From Archangiaceae bacterium (GTDB taxonomy: Bacteria; Myxococcota; Myxococcia; Myxococcales; Myxococcaceae), in the NCBI GenBank assembly GCA_043750125.1, contig JAYVCD010000418.1, positions 1-13,264 on the forward strand: 13,264 nt of DNA. The letters are read 5' to 3'. Shown piece by piece: positions 6,803-13,264 of the stretch. Positions within the stretch are counted from its first letter, which is position 1; the number at the start of each line of letters is the position of its first letter. The notes under the pieces were generated by a model. The model ran no database searches. It saw only the letters and a program-made list of their open reading frames with translations, and had not been told where the DNA came from. Both the position numbers and the translations under genes were made by a program.

Positions 6803-8404
6803 TTATTTTTCGTTCACCCAGTTTGAATCGACGCCGATCTTCCCGCCGAACATCGTCATCCAGGACGTGAGCTGCTGAACGTATTGCGCCTCGTTGTTTC
6901 CATCGCTCGAGGGCGCGTACTTATGAACCAGCCCCTTCCAATCGCGCGCGTCGACCAGCGCGCGGTAGGGCAAGGTCGGGCTGCCCATCAAGTGGACATA
7001 GGCCTCGATGCCGGACTGAATCGACCCGAAGTGCTCGAAGCCGCCCTGCCCCGGCGTGCCGCCGAACTGACTTTCCCACTCGGCATGCCGAAGGTTTCCA
7101 GGGTTGTTGTTCGCGATTGAGAGCGTGTTCTCCGACCGGAGAAAGGTCGACTCTTTCGCCAGCTGCGCCATCACCAGGTCCACCGGCACGTGTTCCTTGC
7201 GGCAGGAAGCGACGAGCACCGCCCCCATCCCCTGCATCCGGCTGCCCGGGTAGCCGGCGAGGACTGCATTAATTTTTCGCGCCGTCTCAGCATCGCCCGC
7301 TGCCGGCGGCTTGACGGGCGGCGTCCCGGCGACCGCTCCGAGGGCCTTCTGCAGCGCTGCGCGCGTCAGGGGTCCGAAGTTCATCCCGTCGTTTCCGACG
7401 ATGCCCGCTCCCTGCTGGATTCGGTTCACTGCCGCCCGGGTCAGCGGTCCGTAATACCCCGGGCCGGTGTTCATGTCCGCCTGGCGCATCGCACCCGCTT
7501 TGACCAGCGCGCGCTGCAGCTGCTCTACGTTCGGGTCGTACGAAGCGCCGCCATTGAATTGCAGATCCACGGTCGGCACGTTGGTTACCGGAGGCGGCGT
7601 CGCAGTCGGAGGCTGAGCCGGTGCGCCAATCGCGGTGCCCTTGTCGTTGACGAAGAACTGGGTGCCCGAACGCGGGAAGTGGTCGAAGACGTGGGAGTGG
7701 TTGGTGTTGGTGGCTCCCGCTTGCGCGAGCGCCGGACCCTGACCGCTGTCCGAGCCGGGGCGCACCACGCCGATGTGTCCAATGTCCGGGCTCTCATCGA
7801 TGCTCGCCACCGCTGGAAAGCCGAGGTTTGCCAGCCGCTGCGCTTCTGCCGCCGAGACCGGACGCCAACCCTGCTCCGGACCGTGTTGGTTCAACCACCG
7901 GTTGGTCGAGTTCGCGTCCATCTCATGCCCGCTGTTGTAGGGCTGGGGGTGGCCGGCGTTGTCGACCCAATGGGGAATCTCAGCGCCCATCGCGCGGGTG
8001 ACATCCCACGCGAAGATGTTGCAGTAGGTGTTGCCGTCGCGCTGCGCGTAGCGCGGGTTGCTGGCCACCGCGAATTCGTTGATCACATTGTCGTAGGTGA
8101 CGGCCGTTCGCATCGCCGGGTTGCCGCGAAGCGGAGGCGACGCCGGATACGCGGCGTTGGTGTTGGTGGTGCCTGGCGCCGGTTGGCTCCCGTCGAAAGA
8201 AGCACCGGGTGGGGCATTGGAGGCGGGCGCAGGCGCCGGTGGCCCGAAAGTGTCGCTCTGCCCGGGAATCTGCAGCACCGCGCCAGCCGAGATCAGGTCC
8301 GCATTTTTGATCTGCGGATTGACACCCATCAGCGCTCCGACCGAAGTGCCATACCGCGCGGCTACGGACGAAAGCGTGTCACCCGGACGAATCTGGTAGC
8401 TCAT
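6803..8404 (-). CDS. Multidomain peptidoglycan hydrolase: LysM + Cys/His (CHAP/NlpC-P60-like) domain + PG-binding domain + lysozyme/glucosaminidase-like domain, 533 aa
   Basis: LysM YQIRPGDTLSSVAARYGTSV...NPQIKNADLISAGAVLQIP; TYC128N and GH210IGVV; PG_binding_1-like VEQLQRAL...GYYGPLTRAAVNRIQ; AQLAKE418S...NNPGNL...F..IQSGIEAY...KYAP..DGNN...Y. SD AGGAG upstream. Confidence 0.9.
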   Translation of the reverse strand: MSYQIRPGDTLSSVAARYGTSVGALMGVNPQIKNADLISAGAVLQIPGQSDTFGPPAPAPASNAPPGASFDGSQPAPGTTNTNAAYPASPPLRGNPAMRTAVTYDNVINEFAVASNPRYAQRDGNTYCNIFAWDVTRAMGAEIPHWVDNAGHPQPYNSGHEMDANSTNRWLNQHGPEQGWRPVSAAEAQRLANLGFPAVASIDESPDIGHIGVVRPGSDSGQGPALAQAGATNTNHSHVFDHFPRSGTQFFVNDKGTAIGAPAQPPTATPPPVTNVPTVDLQFNGGASYDPNVEQLQRALVKAGAMRQADMNTGPGYYGPLTRAAVNRIQQGAGIVGNDGMNFGPLTRAALQKALGAVAGTPPVKPPAAGDAETARKINAVLAGYPGSRMQGMGAVLVASCRKEHVPVDLVMAQLAKESTFLRSENTLSIANNNPGNLRHAEWESQFGGTPGQGGFEHFGSIQSGIEAYVHLMGSPTLPYRALVDARDWKGLVHKYAPSSDGNNEAQYVQQLTSWMTMFGGKIGVDSNWVNEK

Positions 8405-8515
8405 GACGACTCCTGCCCCTTTTGCCTTTCAAAGAGGTTGTCGCCCATCGTCGCGCTGGGGTTTCGCCTCGGTCTGTAAAGGCGATTTCGATCGGCAGAG
8501 ATCCGCGATGCCCTT

Positions 8516-8565
8516 CCCGCAGCGCACACCGAAGCGCATTGATGCGCACGCGTGTGCGCTGCGGG
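8516..8565. repeat. Long inverted repeat/hairpin (14-bp perfect stem, internal loop, 5-bp stem, 4-nt loop)
   Basis: cccgcagcgcacac (8516-8529) pairs with gtgtgcgctgcggg (8552-8565); inner gcgca-ttga-tgcgc at 8534-8547. Confidence 0.85.
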
Positions 8566-8735
8566 TGATTCAGCGCCGACTTTGATGCGGGGCGTCTTCA
8601 ACGTCGGGGACAACAAGACCTCCCCTTACATTTTCGAGGCCAACTTTGCCTGAGTGCCAGCGGCGGGTGAAGCGGCCGGACTTCAGCGCGAGGTGCGCAT
8701 CAGGTCTTGAGCCGCCGCACGTCTCGCAACGCGAT

Positions 8736-8789
8736 CGCGTCGATGCGCTGATGGATTCCGTCGCCAAGAACATGCGCCGGGACCTGCTG
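8736..8789 (+). repeat. 54-bp perfect direct repeat, copy 2
   Basis: Identical to 6712-6765. Confidence 0.97.
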
Positions 8790-8938
8790 GTATGGACGGC
8801 CACCCGCGGCCTGCGGGCGTGTTCGGCATCCGCACCGACGACTCTGCGCCGCTTCGGCCATCCTCCGAAGCATGGGTACTCCCGCAAGAACGCTCCTCCC
8901 GCCCCCCGTCTCTCCAGGGCCACCTGCCTGAAACCCCC

Positions 8939-9238
8939 TTGGTTGCGCTTACCGGTATCTTGCGAGGCCTCGCGATCGGGTGCGGGCTGGCAGCGCTGAT
9001 TGCTCCGAAGGCGCTGCGGCTCGCCTACCTCGCGGTCACGGTGATCGGGATCCCGATTGGCTACGTGGTCTCGCACGTGGTGCTCGCAGTGATCTTCTTC
9101 GGCGTCTTGACCCCCACGGGGTTGCTGCTGCGATTTTTCAAGGGTGACCCGATTCATCGCCGCTGGGAACGCGGGCGCGCCAGCTACTTCACTGCCCGGC
9201 TTCCATCTGCGCCGCGCCGGTACTTCCGGACCTATTGA
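8939..9238 (+). pseudogene. SxtJ-family membrane protein, probably 5'-truncated
   Basis: PKALRLAY...IGIPIGYVVSHVVLAVIFFGVLTPTGLLLRFFKGDPIHRRW...SYF...RRYFRTY matches the SxtJ C-terminal pattern. The upstream in-frame part (8792-8938) looks unrelated; no RBS. Confidence 0.7.
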
Positions 9239-9763
9239 ATGCGCGCGCGCGGTGGCTCGGCCTCGCCCCGTGGCTGCTGACACCCGCCTGCGGCCCGGTG
9301 CGCGTTTCGCCCAATGCCCAGTCGATTTACCGGGTCGGGCGTTTTGACGACACGGATCCAGGTGGGCCGTGGTCCGCCTCGCGCTTCTCGCTGAAATTCA
9401 GTGGGGCCTCGGTGCGCGTGCGGTTGCGACAGGCGACGCGGCCCGCGAGCCCCGAAGGGCCCCCCCAGCCTCTTCGGGTCCGCGTCGAGCTCGACGGAAT
9501 CGTTCATGACGTCTCCGCCGACGAGCGCGGCGAGCTGGCTTTCGATGCAAGGGGGCTTCTGGGCCAGGCGCATCGGCTCACCCTGGTGCGTCAGAGCGAA
9601 CCCCGGCCCGGAAAAATTCGTACCCGCGTACCGCGTGTTCGTCGATCGGATTCGCGCGGCGTATCCGAAGGCGATCGTCTGCGCATTGCTGATGCCCACC
9701 GGATCTGTCCCCGAGCGCGAAGCGATGCGGAAGTACCGCTTCCGGGCCTGGCCTCGAACCTGA
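9235..9763 (+). pseudogene. CE2-like SGNH/GDSL esterase lipoprotein with internal deletion and frameshift
   Basis: Signal/lipobox-like LLTPAC; CE2 N-domain-like IYRVGRF...WSASRFSLKFSG...VELDG...HRLTLVRQSE. At ~9600 it jumps to another frame, PEKFVPAYRVFVDRIRAAYPKAIV (late SGNH helix). No GDS, GxND or DxxH motif remains. Confidence 0.7.
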
Positions 9764-9774
9764 TCTCCGGGGGG

Positions 9775-10025
9775 CTACGAGAGCGGCCAGGGACCAAAGA
9801 CTTCGACGTCGACGCCTTCCGCATAGTGGACGACCGCCGGCGGCACGGTGGGCTGGCGAATTCCACAGGCCTGCAGCAGCCCGTCTTCGAGGTGGATCAG
9901 AGAAGCGCGCTGCGCGGGGTAGGGCGAGTGATGAACCTGCCCCAGGCTCAGCGCGCGGCTGTCACTGCCAGCAGCGAGCTGGCGTCGAGCGAGAAGAAGT
10001 ACACCCCGGGTTGCCCGCGGTAGTG
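9775..10025 (-). pseudogene. DUF2071/YqjF-family remnant (5'-truncated, internal deletion)
   Basis: Minus strand HYRGQPGVYFFSLDASSLLAVTAAR, then at ~9950 a frame switch to LSLGQVHHSPYPAQRASLIHLEDGLLQACGIRQPTVPPAVVHYAEGVDVEVFGPWPLS* (TAG 9777-9775). Both blocks resemble YqjF motifs that are normally well separated. Confidence 0.75.
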
Positions 10026-10173
10026 CGCCCCTTCCTGCTCGGGCCCCTTCTCATCTTTGTCGCCCTCGTTGGATGCGGCGCCGCTCTTGTCTGATACCCG
10101 ATGCACGGTTCGGTTGCTGGATGGGCTTCGTTGACGTTGGGGACGAACGAATGCAGAACTGGCTGCCACTCAA

Positions 10174-11100
10174 ATGCCGGCCCTGTTCATCGCCATTCTG
10201 CTGTCGAGCATGACCGCCATCGCGGCGGGCGCCATGCCAATCAGAGTGACGATCACCCATATCCGCGGGGCGGGCGCGCTCTCCTGCCCCGATGAGTCCG
10301 CGCTCAGGAGGAACGTCGTATCGCGGCTTGGGTACGACCCGTTTGTGGCTGCTGCCCCGCTGCAAGTCCTGACACGCCTCGAGCGTGTCGGGCAGGGGTA
10401 CAGCGCCTCGCTCGAACTCGTTCGTGAGGGCGAAGCGCCCCGCAGCAGAACGCTGACCTCAGAATCGACCGACTGCCGCGAAATTGCCGAATCTCTTGCT
10501 TTGGCCCTGACGCTCGCGGTCGACCCGCAGTTTCTGGTACGGGCTCCGGCTCGCATTCCGGCGCCAATCCCCGCATCACCGCCCCCCCCCACGAAAGCGA
10601 CGCCAGTGCCCAGCGCGCCAGTCGAATTCGCAATCTACGCCGGTGGATTGGGCACGGTTGGCTTGTCGCCAAGGCCGAACGGCGGCGGCAACGTCGGACT
10701 CGGCTTCCGCTACCGCTCGTTCTCTCTTTATGGCGAGGGCAGAATCGATGTGCCCGCTTCGCTCGAACTCGCCGCCGGAGTCGTCTACACCAGCCTGCTT
10801 CTGGGCACCGTGCTGCCTTGCTTTCAGTGGAACCACATCGGCGCCTGTGGGTCGCTCAGCGTTGGAGCCCTTCAGGTGGACGGGCGGCTCGCTTTTGGCC
10901 GACGTGAAACGAGCCCCGTTGTGAAAGTCGGAGTCCGATTCCAATACGAGTGGATGCCCTTTCAGCACCTGGGCCTGCTCATTCACGGCGAGGTGAGTGG
11001 CGTTCCCACCCGTGTCACGGTGTTCGCGGATGACGTTTCGATCTGGTCCACCAGTCCGGTGGCTGGCGAGGTCGGGCTGGGAATCATCGGGGTGTTTTGA
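10174..11100 (+). CDS. Secreted/outer-membrane hypothetical protein: periplasmic two-Cys domain, Pro-rich linker, C-terminal beta-barrel-like domain, 308 aa
   Basis: Hydrophobic N-terminal signal; CPDESAL...RTL...DCREIAESLALALTLAVDP; PAPIPASPPPP linker; about 8 amphipathic strands ending in Phe. Directly upstream of the ECF gene. Confidence 0.85.
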   Translation: MPALFIAILLSSMTAIAAGAMPIRVTITHIRGAGALSCPDESALRRNVVSRLGYDPFVAAAPLQVLTRLERVGQGYSASLELVREGEAPRSRTLTSESTDCREIAESLALALTLAVDPQFLVRAPARIPAPIPASPPPPTKATPVPSAPVEFAIYAGGLGTVGLSPRPNGGGNVGLGFRYRSFSLYGEGRIDVPASLELAAGVVYTSLLLGTVLPCFQWNHIGACGSLSVGALQVDGRLAFGRRETSPVVKVGVRFQYEWMPFQHLGLLIHGEVSGVPTRVTVFADDVSIWSTSPVAGEVGLGIIGVF

Positions 11101-11102
11101 CA

Positions 11103-11651
11103 ATGAGGGAACCCCGCCCGCAATACCCAGTTGAGATGCTCGCGGCGTTGGATCTCAAGAACCTGTACGAAAAGGAGGCCGACACGGTGTTTGCCTTCCT
11201 GACCCGCTTTGGCTTGCGGCCTGTTGAGGTGGAGGATGCAGTCCACGACACCTTCTTGGCCGCACTTGGACGCGCCAAGAGCTTTGACACGAGCCGCCCA
11301 GCACGGCCGTGGCTCTTGGGCATCGCGTTTCGGGTCGCTGTCGCGCGTACCCGGCATGGCCGGACGAGGGAAGAGCTGGGCGACGTCCCTGACTCCATCG
11401 ACCCGGGGCAAGATCCCGAACGAGCATTGACCACCCGGCGCGCGGAACGCATTGCCCAACAGGTGCTGGCGCAGCTTCCTGAAGAGCAGCGGTCTGTCTT
11501 CGTGCTGCACGACCTACAGGAAATCCCAATGGCGGACATCGCGACAGCCATGGAGGCTCCCTTGGCCACCACCTATTCAAGGTTGCGTTTGGCGCGCCTG
11601 GCTTTCACGCGCGGGGTCGAACAACTTCGGCAAGCTGGGGGGCAGCTATGA
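11103..11651 (+). CDS. ECF-type RNA polymerase sigma-70 factor
   Basis: Region 2: VEDAVHDTFL...SFD...RPWLLGIA. Region 4: LAQLPEEQRSVFVLHDLQEIPMADIATAMEAPLATTYSRLRLAR. Start uncertain (TTG 11097, ATG 11103 or a later ATG). Confidence 0.93.
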   Translation: MREPRPQYPVEMLAALDLKNLYEKEADTVFAFLTRFGLRPVEVEDAVHDTFLAALGRAKSFDTSRPARPWLLGIAFRVAVARTRHGRTREELGDVPDSIDPGQDPERALTTRRAERIAQQVLAQLPEEQRSVFVLHDLQEIPMADIATAMEAPLATTYSRLRLARLAFTRGVEQLRQAGGQL

Positions 11652-12403
11652 CTCAAGACGAGAAAGAGCAGATGCCGCCCAGGCCCGTTGAGGTGCAGGC
11701 CCTACCGCCCGTGCGTATGAACCTGGGACAAAAGGCGATGCTGTGGTCCCGCGTCGAAGCGTCAGCTGTTGCGGCAATGGTGCACGCCGATGGGGGTGGT
11801 CATCAGCTTCCTACTGACCAACCCGTCACGATTACCGACACAGCCTCGTCGCTGATCGCCAAAGCTGGCCGAAGTTCTTCGGTGGTCAAGTGGGGCCTTG
11901 CCGCACTCGTGACTGGCATCGCAGTGGGTGCCGCAGTTGACCGGTTCGGTTTCCCTCCTGAGCCCAAGGTCGTCGAGAAGGTGGTCGTGCGCACTGAGGA
12001 GGTCCGCATCGAGGTCCCCACGGCAGCCCAGGCTCCGCCACCCAGTTCGGTGCCTCCAGCGAAGACCGCACTGCGGAGGCCCGAGTCGAAGGCCTCGACA
12101 CCCGCGCCAATGGTTCCCGAAGTTGTTGCCCCCGGCACGAACGTTGAGCGGCAGCTGATCGAGGGAGCCAGAACCGCTCTTGTGCGTCGGGACGCGAACT
12201 CTGCTTTGCAGACGTTGGCGAAACTGCGACACGATTTTCCGAATGGCCAGCTGATCGAGGAGCGAGACAGCCTGCAAGTGCAGGCGCTCCAGCAGGCAGG
12301 GCGTGAGGACGATGCCAAGGCGTCGGCAGAAGTGTTTCTGGATCGGTACCCCCGCAGCGTCTTCGGGCCTTCCATCGAGGCGATTCTTCAAGGGGAAAAA
12401 TAA
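11648..12403 (+). CDS. Putative single-pass anti-sigma factor with C-terminal TPR-like helical domain, 251 aa
   Basis: ATGA overlap with the sigma stop; TM WGLAALVTGIAVGAAV; Pro/Ala linker; ERQLIEGARTAL...AL..L...FPNGQLIEER...FLDRYPRS, a pattern typical of proteins encoded after myxobacterial ECFs. Confidence 0.82.
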   Translation: MTQDEKEQMPPRPVEVQALPPVRMNLGQKAMLWSRVEASAVAAMVHADGGGHQLPTDQPVTITDTASSLIAKAGRSSSVVKWGLAALVTGIAVGAAVDRFGFPPEPKVVEKVVVRTEEVRIEVPTAAQAPPPSSVPPAKTALRRPESKASTPAPMVPEVVAPGTNVERQLIEGARTALVRRDANSALQTLAKLRHDFPNGQLIEERDSLQVQALQQAGREDDAKASAEVFLDRYPRSVFGPSIEAILQGEK

Positions 12404-12525
12404 TGCGCACCGCTTGATAGAAAATTCGACGTGCCCGCAACACAGTCATTGAGGGTAGGCGCAGCGCGATTTGTCGGCGTTAGACCGTGTTCATTGACCG
12501 TTAGACGCAGCACGTGGTGGGAGAC

Positions 12526-13264
12526 ATGAAACTTAAACTCTGGGTTTTTTCGGTTGCAGTCCTGGTGACGAGCGCTTGTGACTCGTCCTTGAACGCGGGC
12601 AGCAGTTGCAACGCGAAGACGTGCGATGGGTGCTGCACGCTTGAGGGTACCTGCAGCTCTGGCAGGGTCGATACCCAGTGTGGCGCGGCGGGCACGGCTT
12701 GCGTCGACTGTTCCTCCCAGAACGGCGTCTGTTCTTCGAGGACCTGCGCGTCAGCCGTCGGCGCTGGTGGTGGCGGTGGCGGTGGCGGCGTTGGCGGTGG
12801 TAGCGGTGGTGGCGGCAGTGGCGGTGGTGGCGGTGGCGGCAGTGGCGTTGGCGGAGGCGGTGCCTGCATCCCTGAAAGCGATGTTTTGTTCTGCTCTCGT
12901 TTAGCCAAGGACTGCGACAACGTGACCGCCGCAGACAACTGCCTTGCATCGCGCACCGTCAACTGCGGTTCATGCAGCACGCCCCAGACTTGCGGCGGCG
13001 GCGGAGTCGTTGGGGTCTGCAGCGAAGCAACGGGGGCTATGAGCTGGTCACGCTTCGCAGACCCCTCGTTCTGGCGAATTCGATTCTACGGGCCAAAGGT
13101 CGCCGTCGATGGTTTGGGGAACGTCGCCGTTGCTGGCGGGTATCTCAAGGACGTGGATTTTGGCACCGGCATTCTCAGCAGGGTGGGCGGTAGCAATTCC
13201 TTTCTGGCGCGATATTCCGGAAACAACATCGCCCTTTGGAGCTCGGCCTTTAAGACGACTTCGG
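12526..13264 (+). CDS. Cys-rich, Gly-linker lipoprotein with start of an SBBP-like beta-propeller (runs off the right edge)
   Basis: Manual translation: MKLKLWVFSVAVLVTSA-C18; CNAKTCDGCC...QCGAAGTACVDC; poly-Gly; CIPESDVLFC...NCGSCSTPQTCGGGG; VAVDGLGNVAVAGGY...DFGTG...FLARYS...LWS. No stop to the window end; SD GGGAG at 12519-12523. Confidence 0.9.
   Translation, partial: MKLKLWVFSVAVLVTSACDSSLNAGSSCNAKTCDGCCTLEGTCSSGRVDTQCGAAGTACVDCSSQNGVCSSRTCASAVGAGGGGGGGGVGGGSGGGGSGGGGGGGSGVGGGGACIPESDVLFCSRLAKDCDNVTAADNCLASRTVNCGSCSTPQTCGGGGVVGVCSEATGAMSWSRFADPSFWRIRFYGPKVAVDGLGNVAVAGGYLKDVDFGTGILSRVGGSNSFLARYSGNNIALWSSAFKTTS
12766..12861 (+). repeat. GGY-rich low-complexity tract encoding a Gly/Ser linker
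   Basis: 32 codons, mostly GGT/GGC, in frame with the 12526 ORF. Confidence 0.9.

Noticed and set aside
7190-8479. 429-aa plus-strand ORF
   Set aside because: Antisense shadow of the LysM hydrolase.
8405-8500. Possible c-di-GMP riboswitch or sigma28-like promoter upstream of the hydrolase (GAAA...GGCGACAA)
   Set aside because: Could not build the conserved stems by eye and the promoter match is weak; an Infernal scan would be needed.
6712-8789. 54-bp repeats as CRISPR repeats, IS ends, integron attC or tRNA att sites
   Set aside because: Only two copies 2 kb apart, direct not inverted, no attC core sites or tRNA structure, and no cas, transposase or integrase gene in the window.
8939-9238. 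Saxitoxin biosynthesis cluster
   Set aside because: Only a SxtJ-like fragment is present; the family is widespread and no other sxt genes are in the window.
9235-10023. 262-aa ORF as an intact gene
   Set aside because: Similarity leaves this frame at ~9600; the rest is out-of-frame esterase and antisense DUF2071 sequence.
12501-12980. Minus-strand poly-Pro and His/Arg-rich ORFs
   Set aside because: Reverse-complement reading of the GGY tract in the real plus-strand lipoprotein gene.

Overview
High-GC window whose gene content (Cys-rich lipoprotein, ECF/anti-sigma/barrel module, sigma54-type promoters) suggests Myxococcota; this is an inference. It has four parts. (1) A putative low-oxygen/stress module at 841-6437: a compact P2A-type ATPase, two divergent CBS-domain genes (one with an N-terminal 4-Cys motif) and a triple-domain universal stress protein. 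Each gene has a GG-N10-GC sigma54-like promoter, three of them placed to give nearly leaderless mRNAs, and there are related GYGCA-N5-TGCRC-like palindromes upstream. (2) A 533-aa peptidoglycan hydrolase with no signal peptide and two predicted catalytic domains (LysM / Cys-His amidase-like / PG-binding / lysozyme-like). It lies inside a ~2.08-kb segment bounded by a perfect 54-bp direct repeat, which also contains a strong hairpin. (3) A deletion-scarred stretch of gene remnants (SxtJ-like, CE2/SGNH esterase, DUF2071/YqjF). (4) A beta-barrel-like protein, ECF sigma factor and anti-sigma operon, followed by a Cys/Gly-rich beta-propeller lipoprotein that runs off the window. All calls come from reading motifs by eye; no database searches were run.
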